Shown here: in pieces, positions 1 to 12,309 of the stretch
Layout of the letters: each line of letters starts with the position of its first letter
Numbering within the stretch: the first letter of the stretch is position 1
Origin: Squalus acanthias
Taxonomy: Eukaryota
NCBI GenBank assembly: GCA_030390025.1
Contig: CM059432.1
Coordinates: forward strand, 151,034,001 to 151,098,000
Direction: 5' to 3'
DNA: 64,000 nt
Translations under genes and position numbers: made by a program
The notes under the pieces: generated by a model
What the model saw: only the letters and a program-made list of their open reading frames with translations
Database searches by the model: none
What the model was told of the DNA's origin: nothing

Positions 1-277
1 AGTCTACGACCGACTCACAAAGTTGGAGGAAGTGCTTGGTTTTAAAATGTGCAGTTCCTGAGAATGTGGTTTAATTTATTTTGGTTAAGTTCTCATTAGT
101 TGACTAAAAATGTTGACACTACCCAACCAGCCAACTGAAGCACTGACACTGGGGAAAATGCCAGAAAGTTTGGTTAGTCCAAATGTGAATTCACAAAGTG
201 TGTGTAGGGCTGCTTAAATTCGAGATTAAATAGCTCACTCATCAGACCAGGCATTCCGGCCACCAACAATGCTGTAA

Positions 278-456
278 AACAACAACGTGTATTTATATAG
301 CGCCTTTAACGTAGTAAAACGTCCCAAGGTGCTTCACAGGAGTATTATAAGAAAAAATATTTGACACCGAGCCATATAAGGAAAAATTAGGGCAGCTGAC
401 CAAAAACTTGGTCAAAGAGGTAGGTTTTAAGGAGCGTCTTAAAGGAAGAAAGAGAG
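278..456 (-). mobile_element. L2-clade LINE 3' end (first piece; continues at 2429)
   Basis: AACAACAAC tail and body closely match the L2 copy at 47290-47475; sequence resumes at 2429 after a likely TSD AAAGAG(A/G)G (449-456 / 2429-2436). Confidence 0.8.
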
Positions 457-470
457 AAGTCGCACAACAC

Positions 471-1746
471 TTGACTAATCTATTGGAATTTTTTGAGGGA
501 GTAACTGGTAAAATAGATGGGGGAGAGCCAGTAGATGTGGTGTACCTGGACTTCCAAAAGGCCTTCGATAAGGTCCCACATAAAAGATTAGCAGGGAAAA
601 TTGAAGCTCATGGGATAAAGGGGAAAGTATTGACGTGGATAGAGAACTGGCTGTCAGATAGAAAACAGAGAGTTGGAATAAACGGCTCATTTTCTGAATG
701 GCTGGCAGTAACAAGTGGGGTACCACAGGGATCTGTCCTGGGTCCCCAGCTGTTCACAATTTACATTAATGACCTGGATCAGGGAGTCGGATGCAGCATT
801 TCCAAATTTGCAGACGACACTAAACTAGGAGGAGGGGTGGGCTCAGAGGAGGAGACCAGGAAGCTCCAGAGCGATTTGGACAGACTGGGTGATTGGGCGG
901 ATAAATGGCAGATGCACTATAATGTGGACAAGTGCTAAGTTATCCACCTTGGGTGCAGGAACGGGAGGGCAAATTATTATTTAAATGGCAATAAATTGGG
1001 AGAGGGGGAAGTACAGAGAGACCTGGGTGTTCTTGTACACCAGTCACTGAAGGCGAGCATGCAGGTGCAACAGGCGATCAAGAAGGCAAACGGTATGCTG
1101 GCCTTCATAGCAAAAGGGTTGGAATACAGGAACAGGGATACCTTGCTGCAGCTGTACAGGGCACTGGTGAGACCACAGCTCGAGTACTGTGTACAGTTTT
1201 GGTCGCCTCATCTGAGGAAAGATGTTCTTGCCATGGAGGGGGTGCAGCGGCGATTCACCAGGCTGATACCAGGAATGGCGGGATTGACCTATGAGGAGAG
1301 ACTATGTAGTTTAGGGATGTACACACTGGAGTTTAGAAGATTGAGAGGGGACCTCATAGAAGTGTATAAAATTCTGACAGGTCTAGACAGACTAGATGCA
1401 GAAGGAATGTTTCCCTTGGCGGGTGAGAACAGAACTAGAGGACATAATTTAAGGATAAGGGCTAAACCATTTAGGACAGAAATGAGGGGGAATTTCTTCA
1501 CTCAGAGGGTGGTGAACCTGTGGAACTCATTGCCACAGAGGGCAGTGTACGCCAGCTCATTAAATATATTTAAGAGGGAATTAGATATATTTCTACAGGC
1601 AAAAGGGGTTAAGGGTTACGGAGAGAAGGCGGGGACGGGATACTGAATTGGAGGATCAGCCATGATCTCATTAAATGGCGGAGCAGGCTCGAAGGGCCGG
1701 ATGGCCTACTCCTGCTCCTATCTTCTATGTATCTATGTATCTATGT
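471..1746 (+). mobile_element. CR1 LINE, 5'-truncated, young (RT + C-terminus)
   Basis: YLDFQKAFDKV, GVPQGSVLGP and FADD motifs; one stop at 936-938; 3' stem-loop and (TCTATGTA)n tail; TSD AACAC at 466-470 and 1747-1751. Confidence 0.95.
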
Positions 1747-1781
1747 AACACCAGGTTATAGTCCAACAGTTTTATTTGAAA

Positions 1782-1819
1782 TCACAAGCTTTCGGAGCTG
1801 CTGCTCCTTCGTCAGGTGA
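1782..1819 (-). ncRNA. Minimal type I hammerhead ribozyme in Penelope terminal repeat
   Basis: Minus strand reads UCAC-CUGACGA-A-GGAGC-AGCA-GCUCC-GAAA-GC-UU-GUGA: core boxes, stem II, palindromic stem III, stem I UCAC/GUGA. Confidence 0.75.
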
Positions 1820-2135
1820 AGTGAAGGAATACGAATCGGCAAAGCATATATAGACAGAGAACAATGCCTGTGCAGCGTACAATGGCAGACGACTACAGTT
1901 AATCTATCTGACTGCCTTTTATCACACCTCGGCAGAGAGACAATCAGATCAGTCAGGAAGACATTATATCAAAGACATAGCAAGATACAACTAAGACAAT
2001 GAGGTGGGGTCACAGGGGGTCTAATGTGTCAAATGCTGCAGTCTGTATGGAAAATCATAAACTTTAAACTTTTTACTTTTTTTACTGGAAATCACATCTG
2101 TGAACAAGCCAACGACGACTCGAGTCTGGATGACT

Positions 2136-2428
2136 CTACGTCATGTAGCGTGACATGAACCCAAGATCCCGGTTGAGGCCGTCCTCATGGGTGCGGAACT
2201 TGGCTATCAGTTTCTGCTCGATGATTTTGCGTTGTCGTGTGTCTTGAAGGCCGCCTTGGAGAACGCTTACCCGCAGATCCGAGGCTGAATGTCCTTGACT
2301 GCTGAAGTGTTCCCCGACTGGGAGGTAACAATCCTGCCTGGTGATTGTTGTGCGGTGTCCGTTCATACATTGTCGCAGTGTCTGCATGGTCTCGCCGATG
2401 TACCATGCTCCGGGGCATCCTTTCCTGC
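2136..2428 (-). pseudogene. Penelope GIY-YIG endonuclease C-terminal fragment
   Basis: CPGAWYIGETMQTLRQCMNGH...VGEHF..GH...IEQKLI...GLNRD: YIG motif, conserved E and GLN. Confidence 0.85.
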
Positions 2429-3048
2429 AAAGAGGGGTAGCGAGGCAGAGAGGTTTAGGCAGGGAATTCCAGAGCTTAGGGCCTCGGCAACAGAAGGCAC
2501 GGCCACCAAAGGTTGAGTGATTATAATCTGGGATGCTCAAGAGGGCAGAATTAGAGGAGAGCAGATATCTCGGGGGTGGGGGGGATGGGGGGGGGTGTTG
2601 TGGGGCTGAAGGAGATTACAGAGATAGGAAGGGGTGAGGCCATTGAGGGATTTGAAAACAAGAATGAGAATTTTGAAATCAAGGTGTTGCTTAACCGGGA
2701 GCCAATGTAGGTCAGTGAGCACAGGGGAGATGGGGGAACGGGACTTGGTGCGAGTTAGGACACGGGCAGCCGAGTTTTGGATGACCTCAAGTTTACGTAG
2801 GGTATAATGTGGGAGGCCAGCCAGGAGTGCGTTGGAATAGTCAAGTCTGGAGGTAACAAAAGCATGGATGAGGGTTTCAGCAACAGATGAGCTGAGGCAA
2901 GGGCAGAGACGGGCGATGTTACGGAGATGGAAATAGGCGGTCTTAGTTATGTGGTCGGAAGCTCATTTCAGGGTCAAATATGACACCAAGGTTGCGAACA
3001 GTGTAGTTGAGCCTCAGACAGATATTAGGGAGAGGGATGGAGTCAATG
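2429..3048 (-). mobile_element. L2 LINE 3' part (second piece)
   Basis: LTDLHWLPVKQ.LDFKIL and GGRAFCC.GPKLWNSLP; colinear with 47470-48075. Confidence 0.85.
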
Positions 3049-3049
3049 G

Positions 3050-3380
3050 GAGGGAGAGCTGTACTTTTGGAGGTGCCGCCTTTTAGATGAGACGCTAAAC
3101 CCAGGACCCGCCTCTCAAACATCCCATGGCCCTACTTCCAAAAAGAGCTGGGAGTTCTCCCAGTACCCTGGCCAATGTTTATCCCTCAACCAACATTCAT
3201 AAAAAAACAAATGTACTGGTCATTATCTCATTGCTGTTTGGGGGACCTTGCTATCTACAAATTGACTGCCGAGTTTACTAAATTACGACAGTGACTATAC
3301 TTCAAAAGTACTCCATTGGTTGTAAAGCACTTTGGGACATCCTAAGGTTTCTAAAGCTTGATATAAAATGTCTTTCTCTC
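3050..3380 (+). mobile_element. Deu-domain-type SINE (SacSINE1-like), degraded
   Basis: Shares core GGTCATTATCTCATTGCTGTTTG...ACAAATTG and 3' end with other copies in the window (7370-8760, 42793-44015, 50345-50510). Confidence 0.6.
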
Positions 3381-4601
3381 TTTCAAAAGTAATTCTGTGG
3401 CTGAGAAGCACGATGGGAAATCCTGAGGATGTGAAAAGGGCATAAATGCAAGATTTTCTCTTCTTTAAAAAACGATGTACTGTCACAGAGATGTGTTAGC
3501 AAGGATGTAACAAGTAAGGTCGTAGCCATAATAGGAAAATTACACTATACAGTCATGATGGGAAAGACAATGCAGAGCAGGCAGGAATCACCACTGTTCT
3601 TGTGTTTAAAGACAAAACCAATGCATAACCCCAGGGTGCATTGGACCCTACAATGTGAAAACACAACATGTGAGGAAAGAATTGCTGAATTATTCGGGAA
3701 GGAGAGCTCAGAGGCTCGAGAGTCTCCTGACATTGGAGGAGAGTTCGGAGCGCCTGCTATCTACGGTTTTATTCCGATATTCTATGATTTACAGAATGAT
3801 TTCCATGAATCTGCCCACACACGTTGTGGGGAGTTCTCCCAAGATGCACTCAGAGGACCAAAGTTCCAACTGAAGAGCGTGTATTCATATCATGTGTCAT
3901 CTGCTATCTTACCAGAGCGGGGAGAATCAGTTTGCCTCCCTGGTGATTATGAAAAGCACCACTCACCAAAACACCAGTACCACCCCCACTTGAAGCAAGC
4001 TTCAGCACCAATACAGACACTCTGGTGTCATTTTGACTTTGGGTGAGAGTGTAGAACGGTCATTATTGCATCTAAACTCCTTCCTGCACTGCATTATCTT
4101 TACCAACATGGCTGTATAGTGTCATTCAATGGAAACAAAAATGGGAGAGGTGTTTATAGGCTGGCCGAGCAAATATCGCATGTGTTATATTGACGTACAA
4201 AATCAAAATGACCCCCTTATGGGTGAAATAGATAGGAAGAATTACAAACACCAAACAACAGTGATGGTGGTTACTGAAGTGCCAGCTGGTGCAGAATTAA
4301 GGCCAGTTATTGTGGGCCCCTCCTGAGTTCCCTGGGGAATCAGACTAGATTTTGTAAACCATTGACTATGAATGGTCAGAAAATGTAGCCCGCAGAGCTT
4401 AGTGGACCTGTTTTCACACTATGGCTGGTACAGCACCAGGACTGTATTAAGGAGTTGTGTGTTTCATTGCACATCATTATGGAAGCTGAAGAAACTGCAT
4501 ATGAAATAACACCAGAATATAAAGTCAATTGCATGTAATTTCCTGCCCCCCCCCCCCCCACCCGCAAGAGATGGAAACTTCAACCTGAGCCTAAATTCCT
4601 G

Positions 4602-5292
4602 GGGGTTAAAATTGGGTCGCGTCCCCTTTGTGGCTAATTTTAGCGCCCCGAAAAAGTTAGCGCCCCCGCGGCCGATTTTCCCAGGTAGCGCCCCGAGAGG
4701 GAGGAGGGGCACTACTGGAAGCGCCCCGTGTCCCTCATGGAGCGCTGCGAGCCAATATCACGTCGCGCTGCGGTACTGCAGGCCTTCCTCCCCTTATTAA
4801 AGGGGAGGGGCCTGGCGCAGCGCGTCCCGGCACCCAGCTGGGCCACCAGGGACCGGGAGCGCCGGCAAACGAGCCCAGCCCTCAAGAGGAGGGCCAGGCT
4901 CACGGAGAGCAGCCTGCACCCCACGGGGGGGCTTCACGGGGGCCGGGGACAGCAATGGGGGCAGGTGCTGGCAGGCGGCCAGCAACAAAAATGGCCACCC
5001 GCCACCTCCCCTTTAACTAGCGCCGCCCCGGCCGCAGGTAGGCCCCCCTGACCCCGGTTGACATGGCGTCCGGCGGTAAGTCGGGGGGCGCCACCCAATA
5101 TTACAGCTGGGGCGCGAATGGGGCGCTGCGCACAGCGATGACGTCATCGCCGGCAGCGCTAATGGTTAGCGCCACTGCTAACCTCCCGCTGAATTTCGGG
5201 GGAGGCGTTAGCGGCACCGCGCTCAGGTGCTAGTTGATTTACACCCTCTTAGGGTGCTAACAGGAGGCGCAGATTAACCGAATTTAGTCCCC
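4602..5292. mobile_element. Harbinger-type MITE, GC-rich
   Basis: Imperfect TIRs GGGGTTAAAATTGGGT / ACCGAATTTAGTCCCC; flanks CTG/ATG; reverse-complement homologue of 29638-30354. Confidence 0.8.
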
Positions 5293-5734
5293 ATGATGTA
5301 TGTTCCCAGCACGTGAAGCTGTTTGCCGGGAATAGCAAGCTTGAAAATTTACTTTAAATTTAAATTCTAGGAGATTCATTCGGGAGTCTTACAGTGGGAG
5401 CTTTGCTCAAGTCTTTTTCACCAGTTGTAGCCAGGTCCTCTGGGTGCTGTCTCCTATTAAGCTTGTTTCTCCATCTTTTTCTTTGTGAAAGCTGCCCTTC
5501 AGTACTAAAGAGGACCGGGCTCCTTTGCCTCACTCCATTCAGCGTAACTTCAAGCACACCATTTGTGTCTCGGGCAGTACATAGGAGTTAAACAGAAAGC
5601 ACCACAGTTCAAGTTAAAACACCAAGTCAAATTTATTACAATGAAGAAATTCACACAAAAGCAAAATGAATACAGCTTCACAAAATACAATTTTAAACTC
5701 ACACACTATTTTATCCTGAATTGAAAATAAACTC

Positions 5735-6235
5735 GGAGGAACGGGTTTTCCTCAGGTCCTGCCAAATTTAACGGCAGGAACTGATTTAGCATTTTTTTGT
5801 CTCCATTTCCCGGCCACAGTCGTGGGGGAGATCAGAAGAGTTGGGGGGGGGGGGCAGATCAGAGGCCTCGTGGGGAGATCAGAAGGGTGAGGAGGAGATT
5901 GGAATGGTTGTGGCCTGTCATATCGTGGGGGGGGGGTGAGGGGGGGTGAAGTAGATAAACTGGATTGATCAGGTAAGTGGAAAGGCACTTACCTCCTGGA
6001 TCCAGCAGTCCTCGCTTCCCTTTAGCTACCGGGTTTCCCGGGGCCCAGAAAACTCAGCCACCAGGATGATTAAATATGAAGCACGCAACCTCATTATAAT
6101 ATTTAAATTGCTAACCGGCCTCCTGGGAGCGGTTTGATTGTCCGCCCCGTCCCACCTCCGTTAAAACCGTAAGCGGGCGGGTTTTTAACATCCCACCAAC
6201 CCAATCCCACCCCAAAGTGTTCCAAAATCTTCCTA
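5735..6235. mobile_element. Probable non-autonomous DNA transposon remnant
   Basis: GC-rich segment with G-runs, similar in style to the other MITEs; ends CCAAAATCTTCC; TIR pair not resolved. Confidence 0.35.
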
Positions 6236-6395
6236 GAATCTTTCAAATGGTTTTTATGCAATGCACTCCTTTGCTCCAGTGATCTTGTTGATTCTGGTGG
6301 GACTTATTGCAGGACACTCCAAACTCTGTCCATGTAAGTAAAGTACTTCTATTATTTTGTTCTACTACCTTCCTGGTATATTTATGGACCTCTTT

Positions 6396-6632
6396 ATAGA
6401 ATCATAGAATCATAGAATTGTTACAGCACAGAAGGAGGCCATTTGGCCCGTCGAGCCCGTGCCGGCTCTCTGCAAGAGCGCTTCAGCTAGTCCCACTCCC
6501 CCGCCCTTACCCCGTAGCCCTGCAAAATATTTCCTTCAGGTACTTATCCAACTCCCTTTTGAAAGCCACGATGGGATCTGCCTCCACCACCCTCTCAGGC
6601 AGTGCATTCCAGATCATAATCACTCGCTGCAT
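6396..6632 (-). mobile_element. CR1 3' fragment
   Basis: (ATAGAATC)n tail; QRVIMIWNALPERVVEA C-terminal peptide. Confidence 0.85.
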
Positions 6633-6792
6633 AAATAAGTTTGCATTCACCTGTTTTTGGCTTTCATCATTCAGGAGGATTGCAAAGTATTGGTTTGGTC
6701 TCTCAGGAACCAACATTTAAGTCTGCTTTGTTCTTCAAATAAACCAGGCGCAAGATAAAAGAATGGTGACTTCTGCCTGGGAAGTGGACAAG

Positions 6793-7245
6793 AACAACTC
6801 CTTAGATTTATATAGCACCTTTAACATAACAAACTGTCCCAAGCTGGTTCACTGCATCAGACCTGAGCGGGAGTTGGAGGGGAAATTATGGGAAGTGACT
6901 GAAAGCAATCAATGAGGTAGGTCTTAAGGAGGCTTTTGAAAGTGGGAAGAGATGCAGCAACATTGAGGGGTTTAGAGAAAGTTCCAGAATGTTGGTAGAA
7001 GGCTCTGCCACCAATGGCAGAATGGAGGATGTGAGAATGTGGAGCAGACCAGAGTTAGAATAGTGGAGGGCGTGAATGGGGATGTAGGGCTGGAAGAAAT
7101 TGCAGTGGTAAGAAAAGATGAGGCCATGGTGGGATTCAAAGGGCAAAGATTCTGAAATGAAAGACGGAGAGCCAATGGTGGTCAACAAGGATTGGGGTGA
7201 TTGGTGAGCAGGATTCTGTGTGGAGATCCAGGCAGCCGAGTTCTA
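6793..7245 (-). mobile_element. Old L2 3' fragment
   Basis: Diverged similarity to the 47290-47800 L2 3' end (TTTATATAGCACCTTTAAC..., GAGGTAGGTCTTAAGG). Confidence 0.55.
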
Positions 7246-7622
7246 GATGAGTGCTCCTATGTTGCCGGTCATTGGGAATCGTGATACACGCAAAGATTAT
7301 ATTGCCCTCTCATCCTGCTATTGCTTTTCCATTGGGAAACAGATGAAGATATTTGCTCTGCTGATGTATGGCTGTCAGCCTTGTCTAGTGGTAGCACGCT
7401 CACCTCTGAAACAGCAGTTTGTGGGCTCAAGCACCGCTCTAGAGAATTGAGCACACTTTAGTGCAATAATGTTAGCGATACGGGCTTTCAGATGAGATGT
7501 TCAACCAAGGCCTCGTCTGCCCTCTCAGGTGGATGTAAACGATCCCATGGCACTATTCGAAGAAGAGCAGGGGAGGTATCCTGGACAACAATTGTACGTT
7601 GACCAACATCACTAAACAGATT

Positions 7623-7775
7623 GAGGTATAAATTCATCTTGGGCAAAGTCTTGCACTCCGCTCAATTTTATTTTCCATCGAAGTCAATGGAACAGAAAAT
7701 CGAGCAGAATGTAAATTGTGCTGCCGATTCGTTATCGCTTGCTTTGGGCTACCACCCAAGTTGAATTTAAACCCC
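7623..7775. mobile_element. 153-bp Harbinger-type MITE
   Basis: TIR GAGGTATAAATTCATCTTGGG vs reverse complement GGGGTTTAAATTCAACTTGGG; TSD ATT (7620-7622, 7776-7778). Confidence 0.8.
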
Positions 7776-7790
7776 ATTATCTGGTCATTT

Positions 7791-8600
7791 AAGAACATAA
7801 GAAATAGGAGCAGGAATAGGCCACTCGGCCCCTCGAACCTGCTCCGCCATTCAATAAGATCATAGCTGATCTTGGGCTCAAAGCCACTTCCCTGCTCGCT
7901 CCCCATAACCCTTCACTCCCTTATCTTGCAAAAATCTGTCCATCTCCACCTTAAATGTATTTAATGACCCAGCCTCCACAGCTCTCTGGGGCAGAGAATT
8001 CCACAGATTTACGACCCTCTGAGAGAAGAAATTCCTCCTCATCTCAGTTCTAAAAGGGCGACCCTTATTCTGAAACTGTGCCCCCGAGTTCTAGATTTCC
8101 CCACGAGGGGAAACATCCTCTCTGCATCTACCCTGTCGAGCCCCCTCAGTATCTTGTATGTTTCAATAAGATCACCTCTCATTCTTCTAAATTCCAATGA
8201 GTATAGGCCCAGCCTGCTCAACCTTTCCTCATAAGTCAACCCCCTCATCTCTGGAATTAACCTAGTGAATCGTCTCTGAACTGCCTCCAATGCAAGTATA
8301 TCCTTCCTTAAATAAGGAGACCAAAACTGTACCCAGTACTCAAGGTGTGGTATCACCAATACCCTGTACAGTTGTAGCAGGACTTCCCTGCTTTTATACT
8401 CCAGCCCCCTTGCAATAAAGGCCAACATTCCATTTGCCTTCCTGATTACTTACTGTACCTGCATGCTAACTTTTTGTGTTTCATGCACAAGGACCCCCAG
8501 GTCCCTCTGAACTGTAGCATTTTGTAATCTCTTGCCATTTAAATAATAATTTGCTTTTTTATTTTTCCTGCCAAAGTGGATAACTTCGCACTTTTCCCAC
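7791..8600 (-). mobile_element. CR1 3' fragment
   Basis: MLAFIARGLEYKSREVLLQLY... ORF2 C-terminus; AAGAACATAAGAA tail. Confidence 0.9.
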
Positions 8601-8779
8601 TTTATTTCATTGCTGTTTGTGAGACTTTGATGTGCCCAAATTGGCTGCCATTTTTCGTTACATTACAATAGTGATTACACTTCAAAGTGCTGAATCGGCT
8701 GTGAAGCACTTTGGGATGTTCTGAGGTCATGAAAGCTGCTGTAGAAATGCAGATTCTTTCCCTCATGCTGCTGACATTC

Positions 8780-9030
8780 TATGTTATTACTTCAAAGGAG
8801 CCTGGGGCATCAAACTTCAGAGCAGTTGTCACCTTTACTATCACTGGCAGTGTTACCCCTGTAGGTAGAGGTTGTCTGCAGATCAGCTTTCAGCAGATAG
8901 GACAACTTCATCATTGCTTCCCTGGTAAACCTGAGCCTTCAAAGGCAGTTCTCCTTCAGAGGTAAATGTATCAGGGTTTGTTAATGTGGCTCTGTCCATG
9001 GATGGTACGTTGGGCAGTCGCCTCTGGTGA
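8780..9030 (-). pseudogene. Ancient Harbinger transposase fragment
   Basis: Minus strand gives RLRFTREAMMKLSYLLKADLQ...TLPVIVKVTTALKFDAPGSF, which aligns to RLRFSKEVVTELCHLLQPDLQ...VAVKVTVALNFYATGSF of the 17186 transposase. Confidence 0.65.
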
Positions 9031-10343
9031 AATCGAATCTCCTGAGAATCCCTTCACTTATCCTCCTCCTTTAACATTAAAAAGAGAGAAGCACTCAGTG
9101 CAGTACCACATGTTCTGAATTTTGGTTGCACAATTAAAAATGGAGATGACTTCCTGAAAGGCCTGAACGTCATAGCCCTTCAATGCCCATTGCATGTGGC
9201 CCGTGTGAAATGTGAGGTTTGACATGGGGTTTCATTAAGATGACATTCACATTAAATTGTCTATTGTGCATGAGAGCAGTTAATGTTGGTGGTCAATCCA
9301 GGAGGAAATTCGCACAATGTACCTTTTCAGCTGAAGCCAGCAATTTGCAACACCACCCAATTTCCCAGCTTCCCATGCTCCTCTCAGGCTGACGCTGCTG
9401 CTCAGGACATTCCATCCAATATTATGACAGGAGGTGCAACCATAATTTGTGGTGATCCTCCGGGCCTCCACAAGGAAACTCCGAGCTTTCCCCATCGTCG
9501 CCGGGCAGTCTGGGTTAAAACCAACCCTCACATCTCACCCTTCAGTGTATGGGGTTGGACTTGTGCGAGTATTTAATGTAGTTGTTAGATGCAATTCGTT
9601 AACAGGACAGATTGACAATTAAAATCATCAGGCCATCAGCTTGCTCATGGAAATTTTGACTGCTTCAAATCCTACCCCCCCCCAAAAAAAATATATCCTG
9701 CACCCTTTATCTTCAGGGGTCCAAGTCCAAACCTGGCCAGGACCCCCATATGGGCCCCAATTGCACCCCTTTTGGCCAGGTATGCCTGAGCCAATCCAGC
9801 TCTGGGTCCAGACTGAGGAGATAAGGGTGGAAACACCCAACCTAGCTAATCCCAACACCTGGCCCTGCACCCCTTGCGTTGCTGGCCTTGTAAGGGTGAG
9901 CAACTAAAGGCATCTCAGAAGCATCATCGTAAGGTGGAGCCGCAACTATGCCAAATTTGTAGCTCTTCCGACTATCTCCAGTTAGACTTACAGGAGATGT
10001 CCACCTGAACAACCAAGGATTTTTAGGGCCCTGATGTTCAAATGGGCTTATGTTTTTCTGAAGCTCGCTTGAGAGGCCAAGGAGTCTGTTTCTGAAAACA
10101 TTCCTGAAGCAGTTCAAGTCCATTTTGCCCTTCTCTCTCCATACAACCAAACATTTTGAGCGAGCATTTTGGCTGAGTCGCATACCATTGGGCTCTGTAT
10201 TAGTGAGCAGTGCTCTGGTGCTTTCTAAAGGCTAAAAGCCTAATATACCCAGCAGCAATAATCTTTAGAACTATGTGTATTCCATCTCTTAGTCTCCTCA
10301 GGTACATTAGTTGGATACATTTGCCACAAGGAGTTCTGTCATT

Positions 10344-11054
10344 GGCCCGGAATTTGCAGCGGGCAATAACAGTGAACGAACAGCGTTCACTGTTATTACC
10401 CCTTTGAAACTGACCGCAACTGCAGGATTTAGCGCCTGCGTATCTTAATGCGGAAATCCTGAAGTTGCGGTCAGTCATTCATTGCTCCCACACTGGCTGC
10501 GCTGTGTCCTCCCTCCACGCCCCACCCCCGCCACCATAGCCGGCAATCAGTGGAATCAGGGAAATCAGTTAAACTGGCGAAAACTTGGGCTTTCCCGCGA
10601 TAATATTGCTGTTAAATATCCATTAAAAGTTAGACCTTGTTGAATTAGGTGCAACTGGGGTTTTAACAACATATTGACTGCTAAACAAACATTAATAAAT
10701 GTTAAAAAATATATTTTTTAAAGTTTGTTCATATTTATTCAGGTTTACCTTTTCCCCATGTGAGAGCCCCAATCTTTGTTTTGCTGCCTGTAACATTTTT
10801 AAAAAGTCAGAATAAAAGCACTTCTTCACTTCCTCGTTCTGTCTGTGAGAATTCTGCATTGTGATTGGCTGCTTAGACAGCTTGTTGATGTCACAGCAGC
10901 TCATGTTATGGAATTCCCACTAATCTAAACTGATCTCAACTGAACGTCGAAAAAGCCAAACTTCTCGCCAGAGATTGCGAGATCTTTGTGGGAAGCTTTC
11001 TTCGAGGCCAGCGACCAATGCCTCTGCTTCGCCGCGGACCGCAAGTTATGGGCC
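10344..11054. mobile_element. Harbinger-type MITE
   Basis: TIR GGCCCGGAATTTGC / GCAAGTTATGGGCC; TSD ATT (10341-10343, 11055-11057). Confidence 0.75.
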
Positions 11055-12309
11055 ATTATGTTGACTTTCTAAGGTTGCGCATTTTGTTTTAACTTTGCTA
11101 CACTGACCTTTTATCGAGAGACATCCTTTGTTCACTGATGTCGACAGTGACCTATAGCAGGAGGTTTCAAATAAAGACGAACAGTAATGTCAAATCGTTT
11201 TCATTCAATTTGACTTAGACTGAATGCATCTCCCTTCGGTGTGCCATTAATCCCAATCCAATTCAAAGCATTTTCTGGAACCTCAAAGCTGGGAGGATGC
11301 TGGTTAGCCCACTTCAACTTTCAGCTTCACTTCTCCACTCCTGGCTATATTTATAAATGTACTTAGCATAATAGGAAGCAGGTAAATGAATTAAGCACCA
11401 TTGTATATTGAATTGTCACCAGAGATTAATGTAAGAACATAAGAATTAGGAGCAGGAGTAGGCCATACGGCCCCTTGAACCTGTTCCGCCATTCAATAAG
11501 ATCATGTCTGATCTTCGACCTCAACTCCACTTCCCTGCCCTATCACCATATCCCTTAATTCCTCTGGAGTCCAAAAATCCTATCCATCTCAGTCTTGAAT
11601 ATACTCAACAACTCAGCATCCACATCCCTTGGGGGCAGAGAATTCCAAAGATTCACAACCCTCTGAGTGAAGAAATTCCTCTTCATCTCAGTCTTAAATG
11701 GTTGACCCCTTATCCTGGGACTATGACCCCTAGTTCTAGGCACTCCAGCCAGGGGAAACAACCTCTCAGCATCTACCCTGTCAATCCCCTTCAGAATCTT
11801 ATATGTTTCCATGAGATCACCTCTCATTCTTCTAAACTCCAGAGAGCATAGGCCCAATCTACTCAATCTCTCCTCACAGGACAACCCTCTCATCCCAGGG
11901 ATCAATCTCATGAACCTTCGTTGCACCGCCTCTATGTCAAGTATATCCTTCCTTAAATAAGGAGACCAAAACTATGCACAGTACTCCAGGTGTGGGCTCA
12001 CCAGAGCCCTGTACAATTATAGCAAGATTTCCTTACTCTTGTACTCCAACCCTCTAGTACTAAAGGCCAACATGCCATTTGCCTTCCTAATTGCTTGCTG
12101 TACCTGCATGCTAACTCGGTGTTTCTTGTACTAAGACACCTAAATCTCTCTGAACACCAACATTTAATCGTTTCTCACCATTTAAAAAATATTCTGTTTT
12201 TCTATTCTTCCTACCAATGTGAATAACTTCACATTTCCCCACATTATACTCCATCTGCCACCTTATTGCCCACTCACTTAACCTGTCTAGATCCCTTTGC
12301 AGACTCTTT

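Larger units (their letters stand above)
456..2428 (-). mobile_element. Penelope-like element, 5'-truncated (GIY-YIG C-terminus + 3' terminal repeat), interrupted by a CR1
   Basis: GIY-YIG-type peptide at 2428-2136; 456-470 + 1747-1819 join into one terminal sequence that matches 43560-43640 in reverse orientation. Confidence 0.85.
7370..8760 (+). mobile_element. Deu-domain-type SINE split by a MITE and a CR1
   Basis: Pieces 7370-7622, 7776-7790 and ~8601-8760 reassemble into ACAGATTATCTGGTCATT...TCATTGCTGTTTGTG. Confidence 0.7.

Noticed and set aside
3555..4046. 163-aa ORF as a host gene
   Set aside because: No recognisable motif or convincing splice structure; only a faint integrase-like phrase in another frame.
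4602..5292. CpG-island promoter or GC-rich ORFs (also 29638-30354, 43113-43962)
   Set aside because: Bounded by TIRs and repeated in the window; these are MITE interiors.
6651..6776. Minus-strand 126-nt coding exon with plausible splice sites
   Set aside because: Stops in all three frames; at best a non-coding or UTR exon, with no support.
9280..9531. CR1 ORF1 zinc-finger relic (GCTSCHNIGW)
   Set aside because: The second half of the finger is absent; could be chance.
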